Shown: positions 8,048-16,145 of the stretch, piece by piece
Layout of the letters: each line of letters starts with the position of its first letter
Numbering within the stretch: the first letter of the stretch is position 1
Source of the DNA: Minisyncoccota bacterium
Lineage (GTDB): Bacteria > Patescibacteriota > Minisyncoccia > Phycocordibacterales > BOKC01
Reading direction: 5' to 3'
Assembly: GCA_030583745.1 (NCBI GenBank)
Contig: CP129473.1
Coordinates: 140,551 to 204,550 of the forward strand
Length of the DNA stretch: 64,000 nucleotides
The notes under the pieces: model-generated
What the model was told of the DNA's origin: nothing
Databases searched by the model: none
The model's input: the letters and a program-made list of their open reading frames with translations, nothing else
Program-made: the position numbers and the translations under genes

Positions 8048-9976
8048 ATGCAAAAAATCAATTTTAAAATAATCGCTCTGGGACTGATTGTCGGTTTAGC
8101 CGGCATTGTCGGAGTAAATTATGTTTTAGCTCAATGGTCAGCGCCAGACGAAGCGCCTCCTGAAGGTAATGTTTTTGTGCCCGTGAATGTAGGGGATAAA
8201 CCTCAAGATAAAAATGGTGTATTTAGAGCAAACGGTTTGCGTTCTTTTGTTGATTTGTATGTAGACGAAAAAGTTGGTATTGGAACCACTAATCCGAATA
8301 CCAAATTACATATAGTTGGCAACGATGGTGTTCAAATTCAGAGAGCCAACAATTCAGGTTTTGCTAATGTTTATTTCAGAACCGGTACAGATGATAACAC
8401 TAGATCATCCATTGGTTTTATACCGGCAGGAGGGGCTAATGATTTAGTTTTTAGAGTAGGTAATTTAGTTGAAAGAATGAGAATCACTTCTGCCGGCAAT
8501 GTTGGAATCGGGACAACAAATCCCGGGGCGAGGTTAGAGGTTAACGGTCAAGTTAAAATTACCGGCGGCTCACCCGGAGCCGGTAGGGTTCTGACTTCCG
8601 ATGCAGCCGGTTTGGCAAGTTGGGCCACTCCTTCCGGTGGATTGCCTGGTGGAAGCTCTAATCAGACACTTCGTCATGACGGTAGTGGCTGGATAGCAAG
8701 CAATAATATAAAAAATAACGGAACAAACGTAAATATAGGTCCTGATGGCCTGACTAGCGATCGTCTTAGGGTTCAGGGACATTTAAATATTTCAGGCAAC
8801 GGAATTTTGAAAACAAACGGAAACAGCGGAACAACAGGTCAAGTCCTTACTCGGACAGATTCAGGGATGGCTTGGGAAACACCGGTTGGTGGTGGCGGTT
8901 CAAATTTCTGGACTCAATCTGGAAATTTACTTTTTCCAAATAATACAGCATGGAATGTTGGTTTAGGAATTAATACTCCAAGTTCAAAATTGCATATAAA
9001 AGATAGCGAAAATATCTTAACTAGAATTGATAGCGCTAATGCAAATCAACAAGCCGCCATATCTTTTGACGATAGGGGATCTTCTAAATTTATAATTGGT
9101 AAGCAGACAAACAACGGCTTCTTTATGTGGAACAATAAAGGTGGAAATCAAGGATCTTTTGATTTTCTGACCTCATCTCCGACTGGTCCCCTGTCTCTGC
9201 GTAGCCAAGGATTACTTTCTTTAAATGCTAATCTAAGTGACGCTGGCCTCCCAGGTATTATATCTTTCAGAACTCAAGACGTAGCTCGTATGGCAATTGG
9301 AGTGGGGGGAGGTTTAGCAATTGGACCTAATCCAGACAGTGTGGATACTACTGGTAGACGTTTATTTGTTTATGGCTCTGGAAACACTGTATTTAGGCAT
9401 GTCGCGGGCGATAGCACGGGAGAAACATCAATTGACCTTGTCACTACGGGGCAAGGTGGTGGTTCCGGACACAATCTAAGTAAAAACTGGTCTATTATAT
9501 CGAGGGGTAATAGCTATATTCCTGCCGGAGAAAGAAATGATCTGTTATTCTCATTTTATGACGGACCTGCTGGCGGTCAATGGACTGAAGGAATGCGTCT
9601 CAAAAGAAACGGAGATCTGCACGATTTAAGGGTGACAGGTGATGTTTATGCTAAAAATTTTAATCAATCCTCTGACGCCAATCTCAAAACTAACATCCAA
9701 AATCTTTCCGACTCGTTGGCAAAAATTATTGAACTTCGGGGCGTAACTTTCAACTGGAAAAATCGGGTTGATGAAAAAGAAAACATCGGCTTCATCGCTC
9801 AAGAAATTGAAAAGATTTTCCCTGAACTAGTTCATGGCGAAGACGGCCAAAAAAGCGTAAATTACGTCTCTTTGGTCCCTGTCCTAGTTGAAGCGGTCAA
9901 AGAGCTTGATGAAAAGAATAAAGAGCTTGAAGCTCGTCTTGAAAAACTGGAAAAAAGATTGGGAATCAGTTTTTAA
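8048..9976 (+). CDS. Secreted fibre/tail-fibre-like protein with a C-terminal intramolecular-chaperone (peptidase S74-like) domain
   Basis: Signal/TM, repeated GIGTTNP..KLH(I/V).G motifs, and a C-terminus NIQNLSDSLAKIIELRGVTFNWK...IGFIAQEIEKIFPELV...VNYVSLVPVLVEAVKEL typical of the endosialidase chaperone domain. Confidence 0.7.
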   Translation: MQKINFKIIALGLIVGLAGIVGVNYVLAQWSAPDEAPPEGNVFVPVNVGDKPQDKNGVFRANGLRSFVDLYVDEKVGIGTTNPNTKLHIVGNDGVQIQRANNSGFANVYFRTGTDDNTRSSIGFIPAGGANDLVFRVGNLVERMRITSAGNVGIGTTNPGARLEVNGQVKITGGSPGAGRVLTSDAAGLASWATPSGGLPGGSSNQTLRHDGSGWIASNNIKNNGTNVNIGPDGLTSDRLRVQGHLNISGNGILKTNGNSGTTGQVLTRTDSGMAWETPVGGGGSNFWTQSGNLLFPNNTAWNVGLGINTPSSKLHIKDSENILTRIDSANANQQAAISFDDRGSSKFIIGKQTNNGFFMWNNKGGNQGSFDFLTSSPTGPLSLRSQGLLSLNANLSDAGLPGIISFRTQDVARMAIGVGGGLAIGPNPDSVDTTGRRLFVYGSGNTVFRHVAGDSTGETSIDLVTTGQGGGSGHNLSKNWSIISRGNSYIPAGERNDLLFSFYDGPAGGQWTEGMRLKRNGDLHDLRVTGDVYAKNFNQSSDANLKTNIQNLSDSLAKIIELRGVTFNWKNRVDEKENIGFIAQEIEKIFPELVHGEDGQKSVNYVSLVPVLVEAVKELDEKNKELEARLEKLEKRLGISF

Positions 9977-9995
9977 CTTTTTCTCATAAAGCTAG

Positions 9996-10796
9996 ATGAA
10001 AAATCTAAAAAAAATCAATCAGAAATCTCTGTTTTTTATCGCCGGCGTTTTGGTAGTTGTTGCGGTTATTGTTTCTCTAAATTTGTCGGATAAAGTTTTC
10101 GGCGCGACTGGTGGCGGAGGCGGAGGTGGAGCTGGCGGTGGCGAGATAGATGGCGGAGCAGGGGCGACTTGCACTTTAACTGGCTTCGCTTGGAGCGGAT
10201 ATAAAGATAAAAGCGGTATCGGTTGGATAGGGTTTGGCCCACAAAATAATTTTCGTGTTGTTGTTGACTCAGATGGTTTACTAAACGGCCATGCTTGGAT
10301 TGGTGATAATACTGCTGTCAATGATAACGGTGAAGAAGTTGGCGCCATCGGTTGGGTGAAATTCGGCGGGCTCTCTGGTTTTCCAAATGGTGGAGGGACC
10401 AAGGCGGTGAACGCAACACTTGATTGGGAGAGCGGAAAAATGTCCGGTTGGGCAAGAGCTTGTAGCGCCGCTCCAAATCCAGAAACTTGCTCCGGACAAG
10501 GGGCTCATCCTAACGCGGGTGGCTGGGACGGCTGGATAAGTTTGAGTGGAACTACCGCTGACGGTGATTCTTACGACGTCTCTTGGAATTCAGGCACTCA
10601 ACAATTTGAGGGCTATGCCTGGGGCAGTAAAGAAGTCGCTGGTTGGATAAGTTTTGCAGGTAACAATCCTAACTATGGCGTTACTTTTACGACCAACACC
10701 TGCAAGGGTTCGATTGGAGATGGTGGCGGTGGCGGGTTTGATTATTCTGTTGATATCCCAAATCTTGTTCTTACGTTCCAGCGCAAGGATCATTAA
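9996..10796 (+). CDS. Secreted Gly-rich protein with four G(F/Y/H)AW...GWI(S/G)F repeats (N-terminal part of a split gene)
   Basis: N-terminal TM, poly-Gly, then four ~40-aa repeats. The reading frame continues in another frame at 10754. Confidence 0.5.
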   Translation: MKNLKKINQKSLFFIAGVLVVVAVIVSLNLSDKVFGATGGGGGGGAGGGEIDGGAGATCTLTGFAWSGYKDKSGIGWIGFGPQNNFRVVVDSDGLLNGHAWIGDNTAVNDNGEEVGAIGWVKFGGLSGFPNGGGTKAVNATLDWESGKMSGWARACSAAPNPETCSGQGAHPNAGGWDGWISLSGTTADGDSYDVSWNSGTQQFEGYAWGSKEVAGWISFAGNNPNYGVTFTTNTCKGSIGDGGGGGFDYSVDIPNLVLTFQRKDH

Positions 10797-11362
10797 ACCA
10801 TCCCGTTTTTATATCTCTTCAAGGCGGTTCTTCTCAAGAAGTCAAAATAGAAAATGTTTCAGATAACCCATCTCCGTTTGTTACTGTATCTGCAGCAGGT
10901 GATAAAAACTCTTGTGATCCAGATTGTACCGTAGAGCTTTTAGTCAGTTATGATTTAAGCAGTTATAACGGTGTCGGTGAAAACTTGTCTTACACAATTA
11001 CTACCAAAAGTGATGGGCTTAGTGACAAAACTAGTCCATTTATTATAACAATCCGAGTTTTATCCGACGAATTAAGTTGCGCTCCGCATCCAACTTTTGC
11101 TTTAGTCGGTCAAGAAGTCACTTGGACAGCCGACCCGGGAAATCTTAAAAATGTGGTTTCCTATGATTGGTCGGGAGATGAATTAGAGGAAACGACTATT
11201 GAACCAGAAAGAAGTGTGAAAGTGAAATATAATTCTGTTGGCCATAAGAACGCTAAAGTAGATGTTTATTACAACTGCACGGGTGATGTCTGCGAAACAA
11301 AATCTGCTCAATGCTCTCCGTCTGTTCAAGTATTCTCCGACATTCTATTCGAGCATCTTTAA
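10754..11362 (+). pseudogene. PKD/Ig-like domain segment with no start codon; likely C-terminal continuation of the 9996 gene after a frameshift
   Basis: Open frame from 10754 with no ATG until TTG at 10985; protein-like sequence throughout. PKD-like FALVGQEVTWTADPG..VSYDWSGDE...VKVKYNSVGHKNAKVDVYYN. Confidence 0.45.
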
Positions 11363-11375
11363 AACTTTTCCCCAT

Positions 11376-11404
11376 TGACTTTTTCTGCTACTCGTGTATA
11401 CTTG
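11376..11404 (+). promoter_or_regulatory. Sigma70-like promoter for the RRM gene
   Basis: TTGACT, 17-nt spacer, TATACT; followed by a ~130-nt structured leader. Confidence 0.45.
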
Positions 11405-11534
11405 TCTTTGAGTAAGCGCATTTCGTTTAAGCAAATTTAAGTTGTTTCTCCTTGTTTGGGGTTCTTAGTTTGGCTTAAAGAAGGGTTCGACGTCTTACGC
11501 TTTATAAGAAAAACACTTAAGCCAAACGAAGTAA

Positions 11535-11819
11535 ATGACTAAGCTTTATGTCGGTGGTCTGCCTTACAGCACCACTGAAAACGATTTGTCCGATCACTTT
11601 TCAAAAGCCGGACAAGTTGCTTCGGCTGCGGTAATTTCCGACAAAATGTCGGGACGCTCAAAAGGTTTCGGTTTCGTCGAAATGGCGACTCCAGAAGAAG
11701 CCAAGAATGCTATTGAAATGTTCAATGGCACTGAAATGGGTGGCAGAAAAATTACTGTTGACGAAGCTCGGCCAAAGGAAGAAAGGCCAAGAAGAGACAA
11801 CTTCAGAAGAGATTACTAA
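11535..11819 (+). CDS. RRM-type RNA-binding protein
   Basis: RNP2 LYVGGL and RNP1 KGFGFVEM. Confidence 0.85.
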   Translation: MTKLYVGGLPYSTTENDLSDHFSKAGQVASAAVISDKMSGRSKGFGFVEMATPEEAKNAIEMFNGTEMGGRKITVDEARPKEERPRRDNFRRDY

Positions 11820-11842
11820 TCTTTTTTGAGATTTTCTCGGAA

Positions 11843-11873
11843 AAGCCCCCGCTTTGGCGGGGGCTTTTCCTTT
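11843..11873 (+). terminator. Rho-independent terminator
   Basis: aaaagcccccgctttggcgggggcttttcc. Confidence 0.8.
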
Positions 11874-11891
11874 CGTGCTAAAATAGTAGTT

Positions 11892-12659
11892 ATGTTCATT
11901 TCTCGCACAATTTTCAAAAAAGAAATAATATGCGAATTTTTGCCTCCAGCGCGTAAAACAAAAAGACAAAAAGTTATAATTCTTTGCCCGGGCGCGCCTG
12001 GTGCTCCACGTAGGGACGAAGTTCTAAAACTTATCTCCAAGAAGGGCTTTTGGGTTTTTAATCCCAGATATAGGGGCACGTGGGAGAGTCACGGTAAATT
12101 TTTGAAAAAGTCTCCACATCAAGATATTCTGGATATTATTTCGGAATTACCTAAAGGTTTTAGTGATTCTAAAACAGAGAAGAAAATTCGACTAAAACCC
12201 GAGAAAATTTTTCTTATCGGTTCAAGCTTTGGTGGCCCGGCTGCTATTTTGGCTTCAAAAGACAAGAGAGTGGAAAAAGTGTTTTGTTTTTCTCCAGTTA
12301 TTGATTGGTCTTATCCGAGTAAAGAAGAGCCCTTAGATTTGTTTGGGAAATTTATAAGAAAATACTTTGGTCGAGCGTATGATTTTGATTTAAAGGATTG
12401 GAAAAAACTTAAAAAAGGCAACTTTTATAATCCTATTTCCGAAACAGAAAATTTAGACGGTAGAAAAATTTTTATTATTCACGCCAAGGACGATCGGGTA
12501 GTTTCTTACAAACCAACTGTCAAATTTGCTAAACTAACCGGCGCCAGATTAAAACTGCTTCGGAGAGGAGGACACCTCGGCACTCGTTATCTTTTAGTAA
12601 AAAATCAAGCGATGAAAGATATTTTAAAATTTTTTAACTCCGAACAAAAAACATTCTAA
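11892..12659 (+). CDS. Alpha/beta hydrolase (GxSxG)
   Basis: IGSSFGG nucleophile elbow; dienelactone hydrolase/peptidase S9-like length. ORF track start 11826. Confidence 0.55.
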   Translation: MFISRTIFKKEIICEFLPPARKTKRQKVIILCPGAPGAPRRDEVLKLISKKGFWVFNPRYRGTWESHGKFLKKSPHQDILDIISELPKGFSDSKTEKKIRLKPEKIFLIGSSFGGPAAILASKDKRVEKVFCFSPVIDWSYPSKEEPLDLFGKFIRKYFGRAYDFDLKDWKKLKKGNFYNPISETENLDGRKIFIIHAKDDRVVSYKPTVKFAKLTGARLKLLRRGGHLGTRYLLVKNQAMKDILKFFNSEQKTF

Positions 12660-12683
12660 TATTCTATAGAATGTTGGAATGTT
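12650..12683. promoter_or_regulatory. 34-bp perfect palindrome, copy 1 (candidate operator/terminator)
   Basis: aacattctaatattctatagaatgttggaatgtt, 19 bp upstream of the ndh ATG. Confidence 0.5.
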
Positions 12684-12701
12684 TATCCGTAAAATTTAAA
12701 A

Positions 12702-13955
12702 ATGATTAATAAGAAAAAAATTATTATTATCGGCGGGGGATTTGGTGGTATATATGTGGCCGGTGGTTTGAAGAAAATGGCCAATCGGGAAATGGCCGAA
12801 ATTACTTTGATCAGCCCACAAAACTATTTTCTTTTTACTCCGCTTTTGCATGAAGTGGCGACCGGTGGTCTGTCCCCGACAAGTGTTGCCGAGCCAATAA
12901 GAGAAATTTTTCGAAAAGATAAAATAAAATTTATTCAGGCCGAAGCTGGATTGATAGACACGGACAGGCAAATTGTCTCAATCGAGGGCGATAGTTTGTC
13001 GTATGATTTTTTGGTTTTGGCGACCGGCGCTGAAACAAATTTTTACAAAATTCCCGGCGCCGAGCGTTATGGATTGCCGCTCAAAACTCTAACTGATTCA
13101 GTAAAGATTCGCTCTAGAATTATCGATGCTTTTGAAAGGGCTGCATTGATCGCCGATTACGATCTACGAAAGGAATACTTAACTTTTGTAGTCGTTGGTG
13201 GTGGGGCAACCGGGGTGGAAATGGCAGGTGAAATAGCCGAATTCGCGCTCAAAACCCTGTCTTTGTATTACCGCCGGACTTTTTGCCAAAAACAAGAAAT
13301 TAGAATCGTTCTCGTTTCTTCAAGTGAACAGATTTTAAATATCTTTCCGGAAAATATGAGAATTTGGTCGGAAAAAGTTTTGGCTAAAAAAGGAGTTGAA
13401 GTTTTGAACAAAACTTCCGTCAAGTGGGTTTCGGAGAGTGGAGTTTCTTTAAGCGATGGCAGGGAAATAAAAAGTCGGACAGTGATCTGGACAGCCGGAG
13501 TGTCTGCCAAGATTCCAAAATTTACAAAGTCTGTGGCACTTGATGAGTCGGGCCGCATTATAGTTGATGAATGTTTGAGAATGAGGGGCTTGGAAAATGT
13601 TTTTGTTTTGGGCGATACTGCCAATTTTAAAAATAGGGGAGAGGAAAAAGCGTTACCGATGTTTGCGCAGGTAGCGGTTGAACAATCTAGTTCGGTAGTT
13701 AAAAATATTAAAGCCGGTCTTGAGGGGCAGGAAATTAGTCCTTTCTTTTACAGACATAAGGGTTTTTTGGTTTCTATTGGTCAATGGCGGGCGGTTGGCG
13801 TGGTCTTCGGGCTTGGAATTCAAGGTCGCTTTGCTTGGTGGCTTTGGCGGACAGTCTATCTTTTTAAGTTTATTTCTTGGCGGAAAAAGCTCCGAATCGC
13901 TTTTGAATGGACTATAAATCTGTTTTATCCGAGAGATACGACTAAAATCGGCTAA
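12702..13955 (+). CDS. ndh: Type II NADH dehydrogenase (NDH-2)
   Basis: IIIIGGGFGGIYVA FAD-binding fold and a second GGGATGVE NAD(P)-binding motif. Confidence 0.85.
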   Translation: MINKKKIIIIGGGFGGIYVAGGLKKMANREMAEITLISPQNYFLFTPLLHEVATGGLSPTSVAEPIREIFRKDKIKFIQAEAGLIDTDRQIVSIEGDSLSYDFLVLATGAETNFYKIPGAERYGLPLKTLTDSVKIRSRIIDAFERAALIADYDLRKEYLTFVVVGGGATGVEMAGEIAEFALKTLSLYYRRTFCQKQEIRIVLVSSSEQILNIFPENMRIWSEKVLAKKGVEVLNKTSVKWVSESGVSLSDGREIKSRTVIWTAGVSAKIPKFTKSVALDESGRIIVDECLRMRGLENVFVLGDTANFKNRGEEKALPMFAQVAVEQSSSVVKNIKAGLEGQEISPFFYRHKGFLVSIGQWRAVGVVFGLGIQGRFAWWLWRTVYLFKFISWRKKLRIAFEWTINLFYPRDTTKIG

Positions 13956-14030
13956 TTTTTTGTTTTGGGTCTTTTTATCTCTTTGTGTATAATGTGATTA
14001 AGAATTAAATTATAAGTCTAAAAATAAAAA

Positions 14031-14711
14031 ATGAATAAATCAGTAATGTTCCTCGTCGTTTTAATTGTTCTGGGTGTGGGTGCGCTTTTTGTATTTTCTT
14101 CAAATAATGACTCTATACCTTCCGGCGCAGAGTCAGATACTGAAGAAATGGTTGCTGGAGAAGCGTTTGAATTTACAGGTACACCTTTCGTAATTTCTTC
14201 TGGAACAAGCACGGTTGTTTGGGAAGGCAGTAAAAAACTCGTTCCAAATTATAAAGATTTAGGAACTTTGGAAATAAAAGAAGGCCGATTTTTTGTTGAT
14301 GGTGATATTTTACTCGGCGGGGTCGCGGTCTTTGATATGAATTCTATAAAAGTTTCAAGTACTGGAATTCTAGCCAACGAGAATCTTCTGGAAAGACATC
14401 TGAAATCAGACGACTTTTTCTCTGTTGAAAATTATCCGACGGCTGAAATTTTAATCTCAAAAGCTGAAGTTACAAGTGAGGGCCAATACCAGTTGAGCGG
14501 GACAATGACAATTAAGGAAATTGCGCAGGAAGTTTCTTTTCCAGCCAGTGTTTCTATCGGTGAGGATGAAATTTTGATTGAGGGTCGTGCAAGTTTTGAC
14601 AGAACTCTTTGGGATATCCGATATGGTTCGGACAAGTTTTTTGACAACTTGGCTAACAATGTCATTGACGATCTCTTTACTGTTGAATTTAAAATTGTAG
14701 CGAATAAATAA
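14031..14711 (+). CDS. YceI-like periplasmic protein
   Basis: Signal peptide; HLKSDDFFSVENYPTAEI pattern of the YceI family. Confidence 0.6.
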   Translation: MNKSVMFLVVLIVLGVGALFVFSSNNDSIPSGAESDTEEMVAGEAFEFTGTPFVISSGTSTVVWEGSKKLVPNYKDLGTLEIKEGRFFVDGDILLGGVAVFDMNSIKVSSTGILANENLLERHLKSDDFFSVENYPTAEILISKAEVTSEGQYQLSGTMTIKEIAQEVSFPASVSIGEDEILIEGRASFDRTLWDIRYGSDKFFDNLANNVIDDLFTVEFKIVANK

Positions 14712-14775
14712 ATTCCGGCCTCTATTTTAGTTTTTCACCCCCTTCCTGTTTTTTTCCGCTTTTCCCTTTGATTAC

Positions 14776-14809
14776 AACATTCCAACATTCTATAGAATGT
14801 TGGAATGTT
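14776..14809. promoter_or_regulatory. 34-bp palindrome, copy 2
   Basis: aacattccaacattctatagaatgttggaatgtt, about 70 bp upstream of the ArsR-like gene. Confidence 0.5.
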
Positions 14810-14879
14810 GTGTGTTAAAATAAAGAAAATAAATTTTAAGATAAAATAAAATTAGAAAATTGAAATAAGAGAAAATAAA

Positions 14880-15149
14880 ATGAAAACAGCCAAACAGTTG
14901 GAAAGATATTTCAAGGGGTCAGCCAATCACTGGCGGATTGCTATTTTGCTTTTAGTTGAAAAAAATGACGGGATTACTGTGGAGGGAATTACCAAAAGTT
15001 TTGACAAATCTGATTTTAAAAATATTTCCCAACACACTCATCGCTTGGTTCAGGCTGGTCTTTTAAATAAAAAATACCAAGGGCGGCAAGTTATTCACCG
15101 ACTTTCGCCTTATGGATTGGCCTTTGTTAAATTTATAAAAACATTCTAA
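14880..15149 (+). CDS. ArsR/SmtB-family winged-helix transcriptional regulator
   Basis: WRIAILLLVEKNDGITVEGI...SQHTHRLVQAGLLNKKYQGRQVIHRL; 89 aa. Confidence 0.6.
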   Translation: MKTAKQLERYFKGSANHWRIAILLLVEKNDGITVEGITKSFDKSDFKNISQHTHRLVQAGLLNKKYQGRQVIHRLSPYGLAFVKFIKTF

Positions 15150-15173
15150 TATTCTATAGAATGTTGGAATGTT
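15140..15173. promoter_or_regulatory. 34-bp palindrome, copy 3
   Basis: aacattctaatattctatagaatgttggaatgtt; overlaps the ArsR-like stop codon, 14 bp upstream of the Nudix ATG. Confidence 0.5.
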
Positions 15174-15186
15174 TTCTTGGTAAGAA

Positions 15187-15669
15187 ATGAAAAAAATAAA
15201 GAGAGTTGGTATAAGAATATTGGAATTTTTAAGGAAAATTTACTGGTTTATTTTTCGTCCCAAAACGAGAGGAGCAAAATGTGTCGTTGAAAATGATGGT
15301 AAAATTCTTTTGGTAAGATTGGCTTACGCTCACAAGGGCTGGACAATTCCAGGTGGAGGCGTCGACAAGGGCGAAACTTTTGAGGAAGCGGCGAGAAGAG
15401 AGCTTTTTGAAGAGACCGGTATCTTTGTAAAAGATTTAAGTAAAATTTACGAGTATTTTTCCAATGTGAATTATAAGCGTGATACAGTCCATGTTTTTTA
15501 TACGAAAATTAAAAAGAATCAAAAAGTCGATGTAAAAATAGACAATTTTGAAATACAGGATTATCTATGGTTTAACTCTGAACAAAATTTGCCTGAACCT
15601 CATGCCAAAAGGTTGCCTGAACTGATTAAAATTTTAAGAACCAAAAGGGCTCTGGATAATTCAAATTGA
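15187..15669 (+). CDS. NUDIX hydrolase
   Basis: Nudix box GGGVDKGETFEEAARRELFEETGI. Confidence 0.85.
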   Translation: MKKIKRVGIRILEFLRKIYWFIFRPKTRGAKCVVENDGKILLVRLAYAHKGWTIPGGGVDKGETFEEAARRELFEETGIFVKDLSKIYEYFSNVNYKRDTVHVFYTKIKKNQKVDVKIDNFEIQDYLWFNSEQNLPEPHAKRLPELIKILRTKRALDNSN

Positions 15670-15700
15670 CTTAGAAATTTTGTGTTAAACTAAAATTAAC

Positions 15701-16120
15701 ATGGAGAAAATGAACAAACCAAGCAAAATATTTTTAGCTCTCATAACTCTTTCTGTTTTATTAGTCATCATTGCGACGGCCTATAAGTTTTTATGGCTGA
15801 AGGATTATGATTTTTATGTTGAAGCCGTCTGTGATCCAGAAATTGAAATCTGCTTTTACCGAGACTGTTCTATTCCAGATGACTGCCCACCAAACGGTTT
15901 GGAACATTACCGGGCTTTTGAAGTGCCGGCGGGAGATTTTTCAAACTGTTCTGATAATTCTTGTTTAGCTGAATGTGTAAGCGGTAAAATACAATGTAAC
16001 GAATTAATTTGCGACGAATCTGAAGGGTATGAATGCTCTTTCCCAACAAATCTTTATGAAGAGCTTGAATTGGAGGTAGAAGCGCAAGACGCCATCTTAG
16101 AAGACCCTCAAGCTGAATAA
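15701..16120 (+). CDS. Membrane-anchored Cys-rich acidic protein, hypothetical
   Basis: N-terminal TM and 12 Cys in the ectodomain. Confidence 0.4.
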   Translation: MEKMNKPSKIFLALITLSVLLVIIATAYKFLWLKDYDFYVEAVCDPEIEICFYRDCSIPDDCPPNGLEHYRAFEVPAGDFSNCSDNSCLAECVSGKIQCNELICDESEGYECSFPTNLYEELELEVEAQDAILEDPQAE

Positions 16121-16145
16121 GTCTAGCGTTGGTGCTGATAAAAAT

